Assembly: GCA_001915995.1 (NCBI GenBank)
Contig: MNRO01000008.1
Coordinates: 44,099 to 108,098, forward strand
Direction: 5' to 3'
Origin: Clostridium sp. 26_21
GTDB taxonomy: Bacteria > Bacillota > Clostridia > TANB77 > CAG-508
DNA: 64,000 bases
Made by a program: the position numbers and the translations under genes. This document shows, in pieces, positions 9,290 through 19,983 of the stretch (position 1 is its first letter; every line of letters begins with the position of its first letter). Under the pieces are notes generated by a model. The model saw nothing but the letters and a program-made list of their open reading frames with translations, did no database searches and was not told the DNA's origin.

Positions 9290-11473
9290 ATGTTTAAAAG
9301 TTATGAAACAGAATTAGCAGGTAGAAAACTTGTAATAGAAACAGGAAAATTAGCAGGATTAGCAAATGGAAATGTTGTAGTAAAATATGGAGATACAGTT
9401 GTAATGGTAAATGTTACAGCATCAAAAGAACCAAAAGAAGGAATAGACTTTTTTCCATTATCAGTAGATTTTGAAGAAAAAATGTATTCAGTTGGAAAAA
9501 TACCAGGATCTTATACAAAAAGAGAAGGAAAACCAAGTGATAAAGCAATATTAGTATCAAGAGCTATAGATAGACCTTTAAGACCATTATTCCCAAAAGA
9601 TTTCAGAAATGATGTAGTAGTTGTTGCAACAGTATTATGTGTTGAACAAGATAATTCACCAGAAGTAGCAGCAATGATTGGTGCATCTGCAGCATTATCA
9701 ATATCTGATATACCATTTGGAGGACCAACAGCAGCAGTAAATGTAGGATTAGTAAATGGAGAAATAGTAATAAATCCAACAGAAGCACAAAGAAAAATAA
9801 GTGACTTAAATTTAACAGTTGCAGGAACAGCTGAAAAAGTAGCAATGATTGAAGCAGGAGCAAATGAAGTTCCAGATGATGTAATGTTAGAAGCAATTAA
9901 AAAAGGACATGAAGAAATTAAAAAAGTATGTCAATTTATTCAAAAAATGAAAGACGAAATAGGAAAGCCAAAATTTGCATACAAATCATTTGCAGTAGAT
10001 CATGATTTATATGAAGAATTAGAAAAAGATTATACAGAAAAAATGAAAACAGCTGTACAAGAAATAGACAAAGACACAAGAGACAATAATGTTGCAGCGT
10101 TAACAGAAGAAATTGAAAAAGCTCTTGCTGAAAAATTAGGAGAAGAAGAATTCGATAAAAGAAAGCAAGAAATTGGTGAAGCAGTTTATAAATTAGAGAA
10201 AAAATGTGTAAGAGATATGATATTCTATGAACATAAAAGAGTTGATGGAAGAGCAATTGATGAAATAAGACCATTATCATGTGAAGTAGGATTATTACCA
10301 CGTACACATGGAAGTGCATTATTTACAAGAGGACAAACTCAAGTAATGTCAATAGTAACACTTGGAATGAAGAGTGAAGAACAAGAATTAGATGGAATAG
10401 ATACAGAAACATCAAAAAGATATATGCATCAATATAACTTCCCTGGATATAGTGTTGGTGAAGCAAAAACATCAAGAGGACCTGGAAGAAGAGAAATTGG
10501 ACATGGTGCATTAGCAGAAAAAGCATTAGTTCCAGTATTACCACCAGTAGAAGAATTCCCATATGCAATAAGAGTTGTATCAGAAGTATTATCTTCAAAT
10601 GGTTCAACATCACAAGCAAGTATATGTGGAAGTACATTAGCATTAATGGATGCAGGTGTTCCAATTAAGAGACCAGTTGCAGGTATCTCAACAGGACTTG
10701 TAACAAATCCAGAAAATCCAGATGATTATGTAATGTTAACAGACATTCAAGGATTAGAAGACTTTTTCGGAGATATGGACTTCAAAGTTGGCGGAACAGA
10801 AAAAGGTATTACAGCAATACAAGTAGATATTAAAGTAGATGGATTATCATATAAGATAATAGAAGAAGCATTTGCAAGAACAAAAAAAGCAAGACAATAT
10901 ATATTAGATGATATAATGAAACCAGTTATTTCAGAACCAAGAGAAGAAATATCAAAATATGCACCACATATAATTACAACACAAATTAAAGTTGAAAAAA
11001 TTAAAGATGTAATTGGAAAAGGTGGAGAAACAATTAATAAAATAATTGATGAAACAGGTGTAAAAATAGATATTGAAGAAGATGGACAAGTATTCATATA
11101 TTCAACAGATGCTGAAATGGGAGAAAAAGCATTAGATATAATAGAAAATATAGCAAGAGTAGTTGAAGTTGGACAAATATATTATGGAACAGTAACAAGA
11201 ACAACATCATTTGGAGCATTTGTAGATATTGGTGGAGGAAAAGAAGGATTAGTTCATATATCAAAAATAGCTAAAGAACATATTAAAAATGTTACAGACT
11301 ATGTAAATGTTGGAGATAAAGTTCCAGTAAAAGTTATTGAAATAGATGACCAAGGTAGAATTAATTTAACAATGAAAGATTTAGTTGAAAATAATTCAGA
11401 AGAAAATAAAGATGAAAATTCTTCAGAGGAAAACACAGAAGCACTTTCAAGTGAAGAGAAAATAGAAGAATAA
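9290..11473 (+). CDS. pnp: polynucleotide phosphorylase (PNPase)
   Basis: 727-aa protein with two RNase PH domains, KH and S1 domains, and an acidic C-terminal tail. The N-terminus MFKSYETELAGRKLVIETGKLA is typical. Confidence 0.95.
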   Translation: MFKSYETELAGRKLVIETGKLAGLANGNVVVKYGDTVVMVNVTASKEPKEGIDFFPLSVDFEEKMYSVGKIPGSYTKREGKPSDKAILVSRAIDRPLRPLFPKDFRNDVVVVATVLCVEQDNSPEVAAMIGASAALSISDIPFGGPTAAVNVGLVNGEIVINPTEAQRKISDLNLTVAGTAEKVAMIEAGANEVPDDVMLEAIKKGHEEIKKVCQFIQKMKDEIGKPKFAYKSFAVDHDLYEELEKDYTEKMKTAVQEIDKDTRDNNVAALTEEIEKALAEKLGEEEFDKRKQEIGEAVYKLEKKCVRDMIFYEHKRVDGRAIDEIRPLSCEVGLLPRTHGSALFTRGQTQVMSIVTLGMKSEEQELDGIDTETSKRYMHQYNFPGYSVGEAKTSRGPGRREIGHGALAEKALVPVLPPVEEFPYAIRVVSEVLSSNGSTSQASICGSTLALMDAGVPIKRPVAGISTGLVTNPENPDDYVMLTDIQGLEDFFGDMDFKVGGTEKGITAIQVDIKVDGLSYKIIEEAFARTKKARQYILDDIMKPVISEPREEISKYAPHIITTQIKVEKIKDVIGKGGETINKIIDETGVKIDIEEDGQVFIYSTDAEMGEKALDIIENIARVVEVGQIYYGTVTRTTSFGAFVDIGGGKEGLVHISKIAKEHIKNVTDYVNVGDKVPVKVIEIDDQGRINLTMKDLVENNSEENKDENSSEENTEALSSEEKIEE

Positions 11474-11482
11474 TATAATAAA

Positions 11483-11533
11483 AAGATTCTTAGTAGTAGA
11501 TTTGTACTATATAAGAATCTTCTTTTCTATTTT
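11483..11533. terminator. bidirectional terminator between convergent pnp and dapA
   Basis: AAGATTCTTA-loop-TAAGAATCTT, with T-runs on both strands. Confidence 0.7.
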
Positions 11534-12396
11534 ATAAGTGCTTTTAATTTATTTCTTAAATTATCAGAACATTTTATAAGAGGTAAACGTGGTTCTCCAA
11601 AATTAAAGCCTAATAAATTTAATGCTTCTTTGACTGGAATAGGATTTGTTTCTTCAAATAAGGCATTAATTATAGGTAAAGCTTTTAATTGATATTTTAA
11701 AGAATTTGCAAGATCTCCATCAAAAAAGGAATTTGTAATATCAAGAGTAAGAGAAGGATTTATATTTGAAAGAACAGATATAACTCCTTGACCACCTAAT
11801 GATAAAATAGGCAAAATTTGATCATCATTTCCAGAATATATTAGTAGATTATCACCACATAAACTAGCTATTCTAGTAATTTGACTTATATTACCACTAG
11901 CCTCTTTAATCCCAACGATATTTTCGATTTTTGATAATTCTAAACAAGTTTCAGGAGAAATATTCATTCCTGTACGACTTGGAACATTATATAAAATAAT
12001 AGGAATAGAAACAGAATTACTAATTGATTTATAATGTTCAATTAAACCATTTTGAGTAGTTTTATTATAATAAGGAGTAACAACAAGTAATCCATTTGCT
12101 CCAAGTTTTTCAGCTATTTTAGACATTTCAATTGCTGATAAAGTATTATTTGAACCAGTACCAACAATTATAGGAACTCTTTTATTAGTAACAGAAATTG
12201 CACATTTTATTAAATCAATTTTCTCATTTTGAGACATTGTTGAAGCTTCTCCAGTAGTACCACATACAACTAAAGCATTTATTCCAGAGTTTATTTGTAA
12301 CTCGATAAATTCTTCAAATACTTTAAAATTGATTTTTTCATCTATAAAAGGAGTTGCAAGAGCAGTTGCTACACCTGTAAATAATTTATTTTTCAT
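11527..12396 (-). CDS. dapA: 4-hydroxy-tetrahydrodipicolinate synthase
   Basis: 289-aa protein TGVATALATPFIDEKINF...VVCGTTGEASTMS. The active-site Lys region is present. Confidence 0.9.
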   Translation of the reverse strand: MKNKLFTGVATALATPFIDEKINFKVFEEFIELQINSGINALVVCGTTGEASTMSQNEKIDLIKCAISVTNKRVPIIVGTGSNNTLSAIEMSKIAEKLGANGLLVVTPYYNKTTQNGLIEHYKSISNSVSIPIILYNVPSRTGMNISPETCLELSKIENIVGIKEASGNISQITRIASLCGDNLLIYSGNDDQILPILSLGGQGVISVLSNINPSLTLDITNSFFDGDLANSLKYQLKALPIINALFEETNPIPVKEALNLLGFNFGEPRLPLIKCSDNLRNKLKALIK

Positions 12397-13399
12397 AAGT
12401 TTCCTCCATCTTTAAAAGTTTTTCAACAATTTGAATAGCATTACTAGCAGCACCTTTTCTTAAATTATCAGCAACAACCCATAAATTAAGAGAATTTTGC
12501 TTGCTAAAATCTCTTCTAATTCTTCCAACTAATACATCATCATGACCATTAGCTATTGAATTTATAGGATATGAATCATTTTTATCATCATTTAAAACAA
12601 GAATCCCAGGTGAAGTTTTTAAAGTTGTAATAACATCAGAAATTTCAAAGCTTTTTTCAAATTCAACATTTATACTTTCTCCATGACAATTTGAAACTGG
12701 AACACGCACGCAAGTAGATGTTATAGGTAAATAAGGATGACCTAAAATTTTTCTTGTTTCATTAATCATTTTCATTTCTTCTTTTGTATAACCATTTACA
12801 AGAAATACATCTATTTTGGGTAAACAATTATCAAAAATAGGGTGAGAAAATTTTAATAATGGTGAATATGTTTTTGCACGACCATTTTCTAAATCTTGTA
12901 ATCCAAGTTTCCCAGCACCAGAAACAGCCTGATATGTAGAATAAACGATTCTTTTTATCTTATATTTATCATCTAATGGCTTTAAAGCAACAACAGCTTG
13001 AATTGTAGAACAATTAGGATTTGCTATAATATTTTTATGATTTATAATATCATTAAAATTTACTTCTGGAACAATTAAAGGGACATCATCATCCATTCTA
13101 AAAGCACTACTATTATCAATTACAACACAACCCTTTGAGGCTGCAATATGGGCAAAATGTCTTGAAGTTTCTGCACCAGCAGAAAAGATTGCAAAATCGA
13201 AATGTTCATCAAAAGAGAAATCTTTTAATTCATGAACAAGATATCTTGTATTCATAAACTTTAATTCTGTACCAGCAGATTTTTTGGAAGAAAAAAGAGT
13301 ATATTCTAAATTTTGAATATTTTTTTCTTCTAATATTTTTAATGCAGTTCTTCCAACTAACCCTGTTGCACCAACAATTGCTAATTTATATTTTTTCAT
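12386..13399 (-). CDS. asd: aspartate-semialdehyde dehydrogenase
   Basis: LAIVGATGLVGR NAD-binding N-terminus, and an active-site Cys in STCVRVPVSNCH. It overlaps the dapA start by 11 nt, so the two are co-transcribed. Confidence 0.9.
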   Translation of the reverse strand: MKKYKLAIVGATGLVGRTALKILEEKNIQNLEYTLFSSKKSAGTELKFMNTRYLVHELKDFSFDEHFDFAIFSAGAETSRHFAHIAASKGCVVIDNSSAFRMDDDVPLIVPEVNFNDIINHKNIIANPNCSTIQAVVALKPLDDKYKIKRIVYSTYQAVSGAGKLGLQDLENGRAKTYSPLLKFSHPIFDNCLPKIDVFLVNGYTKEEMKMINETRKILGHPYLPITSTCVRVPVSNCHGESINVEFEKSFEISDVITTLKTSPGILVLNDDKNDSYPINSIANGHDDVLVGRIRRDFSKQNSLNLWVVADNLRKGAASNAIQIVEKLLKMEETYEK

Positions 13400-13553
13400 A
13401 AAATAAAATCCTTTCTAAGTTATAAGAAAATATATTCAATAACAATAAAAAAATTACTTAAAAACTAATTTGACAAATTATATTTTAGATGTTATATATA
13501 ATATATTAATTTTTGGAATAGTAACATTGTTTAATATGAATGGAGGTTTTTGT

Positions 13554-13721
13554 ATGCAATTGAAAATTCCTGACTATGAAAGAGTATTTAGGAGAGACCC
13601 AGAATATAAGGAATACCCAGGAATGGATCCAAAAGTTGTAGAAGCTTTAAAAAAAGACCATGTACTAACTTTATATGTTCCAGATACAGCCCGTTGGTTT
13701 GTAAGTGAGCAAAAAGAGTAA
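13554..13721 (+). CDS. small conserved hypothetical protein (55 aa)
   Basis: GGAGG RBS 8 nt before ATG 13554. MQLKIPDYERVFRRDPEYKEYPGMDPKVVEALKKDHVLTLYVPDTARWFVSEQKE. The longer ORF-track start has no RBS. Confidence 0.5.
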   Translation: MQLKIPDYERVFRRDPEYKEYPGMDPKVVEALKKDHVLTLYVPDTARWFVSEQKE

Positions 13722-13766
13722 AGAAAAATAAACGATGTTAAATTTGAGGAAATATTTCCTCAAAAA

Positions 13767-13817
13767 AGAGCGTAAATATATGCCCGAATTCGAGTAATAT
13801 TTGCGTTCTTTTTTATA
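13767..13817 (+). terminator. rho-independent terminator
   Basis: AGAGCGTAAATATA-loop-TAATATTTGCGTTCT with G-U pairs, followed by TTTTTT. Confidence 0.6.
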
Positions 13818-13913
13818 TAATTTAACTTAATCAATTGCCTTGACGAACAAGCCAGAAAATGGTAAAATAAAACACGAAGTAAAAAAATAAAACTTTTAGA
13901 AAGAAGGTTAAAT

Positions 13914-14687
13914 ATGAGAATATTAGCAGTAGGTGATATAGTTGGAGAATCAGGAGTTCGAAAACTAAAAGAAGAATTACCAAGAATAAAAAGAGAAGAA
14001 AATATAGATTTTGTAATAACAAACGGAGAAAATTCAGCAGGTGGAATGGGAATAAATGAAAGAAACTTTAATGATATGTTAAGTGCTGGAACAAATGTAG
14101 TAACAATGGGAAATCATACATGGGGAAAGAAAGACATATTTAAATTTATAGATCATCCACAATTATTAAGACCAGCAAATTACCCAAAAGGAGTTGTAGG
14201 AAAAGGTCTTGGAATTTATGAATGCAATGGAAAGAAAATAGCTGTAATGAATTTTATGGGAAGAGTTGATATAAATATATTAACAGAAAATCCATTTATT
14301 ATGGCAAAAGATATGGTAGAAGAAATAAAAGAACAAGTAGATATAATAATAATAGACTTTCATGCAGAAGCAACAGCAGAGAAAATTGCTATGGCAAGAT
14401 ATTTAGATGGAAAAATAACCGCAATATTTGGTACACATACACATGTACAAACAGCAGATGAACAAATCTTACCAAATGGAACAGGTTATATAACAGATAT
14501 AGGAATGACAGGACCAAAGAATTCTGTAATTGGAATGGATGCCCAAGCATCAATAAAAAGATTTGAAACAACACTTCCAGAAAAATATAAATTAGCTGAA
14601 GGAGAATGTATACTAAATGCAGTAATATTTAACATAGATGATACAACATCAAAAGTAACAGATATAAAGAGGATATATATTAGATAA
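13914..14687 (+). CDS. ymdB: YmdB-like metallophosphoesterase (2',3'-cyclic-nucleotide phosphodiesterase family, TIGR00282)
   Basis: MRILAVGDIVG...ITNGENSAGGMGI...GNHTWGKK...DFHAEATAEK...GTHTHVQTAD. Followed by spoVS, as in Bacilli and Clostridia. Confidence 0.85.
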   Translation: MRILAVGDIVGESGVRKLKEELPRIKREENIDFVITNGENSAGGMGINERNFNDMLSAGTNVVTMGNHTWGKKDIFKFIDHPQLLRPANYPKGVVGKGLGIYECNGKKIAVMNFMGRVDINILTENPFIMAKDMVEEIKEQVDIIIIDFHAEATAEKIAMARYLDGKITAIFGTHTHVQTADEQILPNGTGYITDIGMTGPKNSVIGMDAQASIKRFETTLPEKYKLAEGECILNAVIFNIDDTTSKVTDIKRIYIR

Positions 14688-14815
14688 ATCTGTCGAAACT
14701 TGTAATAAAGATTTCTAAAAATTTCCAAAAACTACTAGACATGACCTCCTAAATAATGTAAAATACAAAATGTAAAAGTTGCAACAAAAAAATAATTATA
14801 GGAGGCAAAAGAGAA

Positions 14816-15079
14816 ATGGAAATCTTAAAAATTTCATCAAAATCTAATCCGAATTCAGTAGCAGGAGCTATAGCAGGATTAGTAAAAGAATCAAACAAAG
14901 CAGAAATGCAAGCAATCGGAGCAGGAGCTCTAAATCAAGCAGTAAAGGCAGTAGCGATAGCAAGAGGATTTGTAGCACCATCAGGAGTTGACTTAGTTTG
15001 CATACCAGCTTTTGCTGAAGTAGAGGTTGAAGGGGAAGACAGAACAGGAATAAAACTGATTGTAGAATCAAGAAAATAA
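14816..15079 (+). CDS. spoVS: stage V sporulation protein S
   Basis: MEILKISSKSNPNSVAGAIAGLVK...QAIGAGALNQAVKAVAIARGFVAPSGVDLVCIPAF is a near-identical match to SpoVS. Confidence 0.95.
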   Translation: MEILKISSKSNPNSVAGAIAGLVKESNKAEMQAIGAGALNQAVKAVAIARGFVAPSGVDLVCIPAFAEVEVEGEDRTGIKLIVESRK

Positions 15080-15221
15080 ATATAAATTAAATGGGGGCTA
15101 TATTATTATATATGGTTCCTATTTTTATATGTGGAAAATGAATTAAAATACTTGAAAAAACGCACTTTATAATGTATTATAATTATACATAATAAAATTT
15201 ATAAAAAGGGATGATAAAAAA

Positions 15222-16802
15222 GTGAAAAGCAATTTTGCAAAATATATATTTATAATATTTATAATTGGAATTACTTTATTTGTAGCATATAAGTTAAATG
15301 AAGAAAAGAAAAATACAACAAACGATGAGCAAACAAATATCGTAAAAGAAGATGATATAGGCAAAGAAATAAAATTAGGAATTGCAGAATTTGATACAAT
15401 AAATCCATTATTAAGTAAAAATAAACAGGTTCAAGAAATTACAAAAATAATATATGAACCTATGCTACAATTAACAAGTGAATATAAATTAGAAAAATGT
15501 TTAGCAAAAGATTGGGCAAAAACAGCAGAAAATAAATATTTAGTAAAACTTGATGATACAATAAAATGGTCTGATGGAAATAGTTTATCAGCAGATGATG
15601 TTGTATTTACAATAGATCAATTAAAAAAAGTAGATTCAATATATTCAGAAAATGTAAAGAATATAACAGAAGTTAATAAAATAGATGATAATACAATAAG
15701 AATAATATTAGACCATGAAATACCTTTTTTTGAATATAACTTGATATTTCCTATATTGAGCAGAAAAAATTATGAAGGACAGGATTTTGTTTATGGTTCA
15801 AGTAATAATGCTCCAATTGGAACTGGAAAGTATAAAATTATACTTAATAGTGGAGAAAATATAATATTAGAAAAAAATGAGAATTATAAGAGATCAGATT
15901 TGACACTTGAAAAAATTACAATAATTAAATATTCCAATATTGGAGAAATGTATAATGCTTTTAAATTAGGGAAGATAGATGTAATAACTACCAATAATAC
16001 ATTAATAGAAAATTATATAGGAACAATAGGATACAACAAATCTGAAATAAATGGAAGAAATTTTGATTTTTTAGCAATTAATACTCAAAATTCGATTTTA
16101 GCTAATAAAGAAGTAAGACAAGCAATCTCAAGAGCCATAAATAGAGAAAGTATAATATCACAAGTATATGGTGGAAAATATAGAACTCAAGACTATTTTT
16201 TAGATTATGGAAATTGGTTACAGGGAGAAAAAACTGACATGTCATATAATATTGATATTGCAAATGAAATATTAGTTAATAATGGTTGGGAGTATAAATA
16301 TAATAGATGGCAAAGATATATTAATTATACTACTCAAATAATAAATTTAAAACTTGTTGTTCAAGCATCAAATGATGCAAGAGTAGCAGTCGCAGATATG
16401 ATAAAAGAAAATTTAGAAGAATTAGGAATGAAGATAACAATTATAAAAGCAACAGATAATCAATATCAATCATATTTAGACAATAAAAATTATGATATGA
16501 TATTAACAGGTGTAACACTATCATTAAGTCCAAATTTAGAAACATTTTTTGGAAATGGAAATTTAGCAAATTTTTCAAATGAAGAATTAAATTCAATAAT
16601 GAATGAAGTAAAAAATATAACTAAAGAAGATTTATTAAAAGAAAAATATATAAGAATTAGACAAATATATAATGATGAAGTACCTTATATAGGATTATTT
16701 AGTAATTATTATGAAGTTGCAAGTAACTGGACTTTAAAAGGCAGTATACCAGCTAATTGGTATAATATATTTATTAATATAGATAATTGGTATAAAAATT
16801 AA
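15222..16802 (+). CDS. ABC transporter substrate-binding protein, family 5 (peptide/nickel type), N-terminally membrane-anchored, orphan
   Basis: GTG start with an AAAGGG RBS, an N-terminal TM helix, and SBP_bac_5-like sequence throughout. No permease or ATPase genes are adjacent. Confidence 0.75.
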   Translation: MKSNFAKYIFIIFIIGITLFVAYKLNEEKKNTTNDEQTNIVKEDDIGKEIKLGIAEFDTINPLLSKNKQVQEITKIIYEPMLQLTSEYKLEKCLAKDWAKTAENKYLVKLDDTIKWSDGNSLSADDVVFTIDQLKKVDSIYSENVKNITEVNKIDDNTIRIILDHEIPFFEYNLIFPILSRKNYEGQDFVYGSSNNAPIGTGKYKIILNSGENIILEKNENYKRSDLTLEKITIIKYSNIGEMYNAFKLGKIDVITTNNTLIENYIGTIGYNKSEINGRNFDFLAINTQNSILANKEVRQAISRAINRESIISQVYGGKYRTQDYFLDYGNWLQGEKTDMSYNIDIANEILVNNGWEYKYNRWQRYINYTTQIINLKLVVQASNDARVAVADMIKENLEELGMKITIIKATDNQYQSYLDNKNYDMILTGVTLSLSPNLETFFGNGNLANFSNEELNSIMNEVKNITKEDLLKEKYIRIRQIYNDEVPYIGLFSNYYEVASNWTLKGSIPANWYNIFINIDNWYKN

Positions 16803-16815
16803 TTATAAAAGTTTG

Positions 16816-16977
16816 AAATATAAGTTTTGCATGAAATGACGAATGTGCATGAAGAAATTTTAGAAATTCTTTGCAATTTTATGGAAAAAGTTCACTTTAG
16901 TGGAAGGGTGCCATAAAATAAGTTAGAATTTCTTAAATTTCGTAATAAGCTGAGGAATGTTTCAATACTTATAATAT
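16816..16977 (+). repeat. copy 1 of a ~165-bp structured intergenic repeat
   Basis: About 94% identical to 19984..20148. Terminal inverted repeat AAATATAAGTTTT...TACTTATAAT, with internal nested palindromes (TTTAGAAATTCT/AGAATTTCTTAAA; TTATGG...CCATAA; TTCAC-ttta-GTG). Confidence 0.8.
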
Positions 16978-17014
16978 GCAATTAAAAAATTATGAAAAAA
17001 TTTCATAAAATTGC

Positions 17015-17042
17015 TTGACAAAAAAACAAAAAAAGATATAAT
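17015..17042 (+). promoter_or_regulatory. sigma-A promoter of recA
   Basis: TTGACA, a 16-nt spacer, then TATAAT. Confidence 0.7.
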
Positions 17043-17050
17043 ATAGATAT

Positions 17051-17064
17051 CGAACAAAGGTTTA
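17051..17064 (+). promoter_or_regulatory. LexA (Cheo/SOS) box of recA
   Basis: CGAACAAAGGTTTA against CGAAC-N4-GTTYC, 9 nt downstream of the -10. Confidence 0.55.
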
Positions 17065-17110
17065 GAAAAAGAGACACAGAAAATAGTCTCAAGAAAGGAA
17101 AGATACAAAC

Positions 17111-18175
17111 ATGGGAGAAAATGCAGAAAAAAGAAAAGCACTAGAAGTAGCAATGAGCCAAATAGAAAAACAATTTGGAAAAGGATCAGTAATGAAATTA
17201 GGAGAATATAAAGCAATGGAGGTAGAAGCAATACCAACAGGAGCTTTAAGTTTAGATATAGCATTAGGAATTGGAGGAGTACCAAGAGGAAGAATTATTG
17301 AAGTATTTGGACCAGAATCTTCAGGAAAAACAACATTAGCATTACATATTATAGCAGAAGCACAAAAAATGGGAGGAGAAGCAGCATTTATTGATGCAGA
17401 GCATGCTTTAGACCCAGTATATGCAAGAAAATTAGGAGTAGATATAGATAATTTAATAGTATCACAACCAGATACAGGAGAGCAAGCCCTAGAAATAACA
17501 GAAGCATTAGTAAGAAGTGGTGCATTAGATGTAGTTGTAGTAGACTCTGTTGCAGCATTAGTACCAAAGGCTGAAATAGATGGTGAAATGGGAGATTCAC
17601 ATATGGGGCTTCAAGCAAGATTAATGTCACAAGCATTAAGAAAATTAGCTGGAGCAATAAATAAATCAAAAACAGTACTTATATTTATTAACCAATTAAG
17701 AGAAAAAATAGGAGTAATGTTTGGAAACCCAGAAACAACAACAGGTGGTAGAGCATTAAAATTCTATGCATCAGTAAGAATGGATATAAGAAAAACAGAA
17801 ATGATGAAACAAGATGGACAAGTTATAGGAAACAGAGTAAGAGTAAAAGTTATAAAAAACAAAGTAGCTCCACCATTCAGAGAAGCAGAATTTGATGTAT
17901 TATATGGAAAAGGAATATCAAAAGTTGGAAATATACTAGATATGGCAGTCAATTTAGACATTGTAGAAAAGAGTGGCGCATGGTTTAGTTATAATGGTCA
18001 AAGAATTAGTCAAGGTAGAGAAAATGCAAAAAGATATTTAGAAGAACATCCTGATATAATGGACGAAATAGAGAAAAAAGTTAGAGATAATTTTGCAAAA
18101 GCATTTGAACAAAGTTTAGGAGAAGAACTTCCATCTGATGATGAAGAAGATACAGAACCAATAGATGAAGAGTAA
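17111..18175 (+). CDS. recA: recombinase RecA
   Basis: GPESSGKTT Walker A, and L1/L2 loop motifs. 354 aa with an acidic C-terminal tail. Confidence 0.97.
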   Translation: MGENAEKRKALEVAMSQIEKQFGKGSVMKLGEYKAMEVEAIPTGALSLDIALGIGGVPRGRIIEVFGPESSGKTTLALHIIAEAQKMGGEAAFIDAEHALDPVYARKLGVDIDNLIVSQPDTGEQALEITEALVRSGALDVVVVDSVAALVPKAEIDGEMGDSHMGLQARLMSQALRKLAGAINKSKTVLIFINQLREKIGVMFGNPETTTGGRALKFYASVRMDIRKTEMMKQDGQVIGNRVRVKVIKNKVAPPFREAEFDVLYGKGISKVGNILDMAVNLDIVEKSGAWFSYNGQRISQGRENAKRYLEEHPDIMDEIEKKVRDNFAKAFEQSLGEELPSDDEEDTEPIDEE

Positions 18176-18198
18176 TTTTTGAATTATAAAAATCCAGA

Positions 18199-18232
18199 AA
18201 AATAGCAAGAATTTTCTTGCTATTTTTATTAT
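18199..18232 (+). terminator. rho-independent terminator after recA
   Basis: AATAGCAAGA-atttt-CTTGCTATT followed by TTTTATT. Confidence 0.75.
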
Positions 18233-18287
18233 TATAGAATAAAATAAGGCTAGAATTTTTACTATAGAGAAAGGAACAAAATTTATA

Positions 18288-19976
18288 ATGATTAAGAAAT
18301 GGGAAATATACCAAACTAATGAAGAGAAAGTTGAAGAATTACAAAAAAAATACAAATTAAATAAATTATTATCAACATTACTTACAAATAGAGGAATAAT
18401 AGAAGAAGCAGAAATAACAAAATTTTTAAATCCAAAAAGAAGTGATTTTTATGATCCATTTGGAATGCCAGATATGGAAAAAGCTGTTGAAAGAATATTA
18501 AAAGCAATAAAAGATAAAGAACAAATAATAATATATGGTGATTATGATGTTGATGGAATTACAAGTGTAACAGTATTAAAAAGTTTTCTTGAAGAAAGAG
18601 GAATACAAGTAAATGTTTATATTCCAAACAGATTAAATGAAGGATATGGATTAAATAAGACTGCAATGGAAGAAATAGCAAAACAAGGAAACAAATTAAT
18701 GATAACAGTAGATTGTGGAATAACAGCAGTAGAAGAAGTGGAATATGCAAAAAAATTTGGTATTGAAACAATTATAACAGATCATCATGAGCCTGCAGAA
18801 GAATTACCAAAGGCAATAGCAGTAGTAGATGCAAAGAGAAAAGATAATAAATATGAATGCAGAAATTTAGCTGGTGTTGGAGTAGTATTTAAATTAATAC
18901 AAGCATTAAGCATAAAATTAGGATTAGATCAAAAAGAATATTTAAAATATTTAGATATAGTTTGTGTTGGAACAATATCTGATATAGTACCATTAACAGA
19001 TGAAAATAGAGTAATTGTAAAACTAGGATTAAAATTAGTAGAACAAACAAAAAATTTAGGATTAAAAGAAATATTGCAAAGTTGTGGTTATTCAAAAATA
19101 AATTCAACAACAATATCATTTGGAGTAGCACCAAGAATTAATGCATGTGGAAGAATGGGACATCAAGAAGATGCGTTAAATTTATTATTATCAAAAGAAG
19201 AAAATGAAGTAAAAGAATTAACACAAAAAATTAATGAATACAATAAAACAAGACAAGAAATAGAGAAAAATATTTATAATGAAGCTATAGAACAAATAGA
19301 AAAAGAAGAAAATGATAATAAAAATACAATAGTAGTATTTGGAAAAGGATGGCATCATGGTGTTATAGGAATAGTTTCATCAAAAATAACAGAACTATAT
19401 TTTAAGCCAAGTATTTTATTATGTGAAGAAGATGGAGAATGTAAAGGTTCTGGAAGAAGTATACCTGGATTTGATTTACACGAAGCATTAATGGAATGTA
19501 ATGACACAATAGATAAATTTGGTGGACATGCTATGGCAGTAGGAATAAATATAAATAAAGAAAAAATTGAGGAATTTAAAGAAAAATTTGAAAAAATAGC
19601 AAAAGAAAAAGAAATTGATAAAATAATTCCAATTTTAAATCTTGATGCAGAAATAAAACTTGATGATGTAAATAAAGAAATGGTAGACAGTCTAAAAGAA
19701 CTTGAACCTTTTGGAGAAGCTAATAAAATGCCAATATTTGCATTTAAAAACTTAAAAATAGATTCAATAAGATCTCTATCAGAGGGAAAACATTTAAGAT
19801 TATCTGTAAAAGATAATAAAAATATAATTAATGCAATAGGTTTTAATATGGGGGCACTAGCAGATATTTATCGAATTGGTGATAGAGTTGATATTGCAGG
19901 AAATTTAGAAATAAATTCATTTAATGGTGTTGATAGTATTCAAATTAATATTAAAGATATTATGAAATCAATATAA
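18288..19976 (+). CDS. recJ: single-stranded-DNA-specific exonuclease RecJ (short form)
   Basis: DHH motifs (GDYDVDGITS, DHHEP) and a DHHA1 domain. 562 aa. Confidence 0.88.
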   Translation: MIKKWEIYQTNEEKVEELQKKYKLNKLLSTLLTNRGIIEEAEITKFLNPKRSDFYDPFGMPDMEKAVERILKAIKDKEQIIIYGDYDVDGITSVTVLKSFLEERGIQVNVYIPNRLNEGYGLNKTAMEEIAKQGNKLMITVDCGITAVEEVEYAKKFGIETIITDHHEPAEELPKAIAVVDAKRKDNKYECRNLAGVGVVFKLIQALSIKLGLDQKEYLKYLDIVCVGTISDIVPLTDENRVIVKLGLKLVEQTKNLGLKEILQSCGYSKINSTTISFGVAPRINACGRMGHQEDALNLLLSKEENEVKELTQKINEYNKTRQEIEKNIYNEAIEQIEKEENDNKNTIVVFGKGWHHGVIGIVSSKITELYFKPSILLCEEDGECKGSGRSIPGFDLHEALMECNDTIDKFGGHAMAVGININKEKIEEFKEKFEKIAKEKEIDKIIPILNLDAEIKLDDVNKEMVDSLKELEPFGEANKMPIFAFKNLKIDSIRSLSEGKHLRLSVKDNKNIINAIGFNMGALADIYRIGDRVDIAGNLEINSFNGVDSIQINIKDIMKSI

Positions 19977-19983
19977 AAACTAA

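Noticed and set aside
13745-13764. Hairpin TTGAGGAAATATTTCCTCAA as a terminator
   Set aside because: It is followed by an A-run on the plus strand and has no T-run on either strand. The adjacent hairpin (13767..13817) with TTTTTT is the functional terminator.
16880-16915. 11-codon ORF (MEKVHFSGRVP) inside the 165-bp repeat as a leader peptide
   Set aside because: It has no Shine-Dalgarno and sits inside predicted stem structure. It is reported only as a feature of the repeat, not called as a gene.
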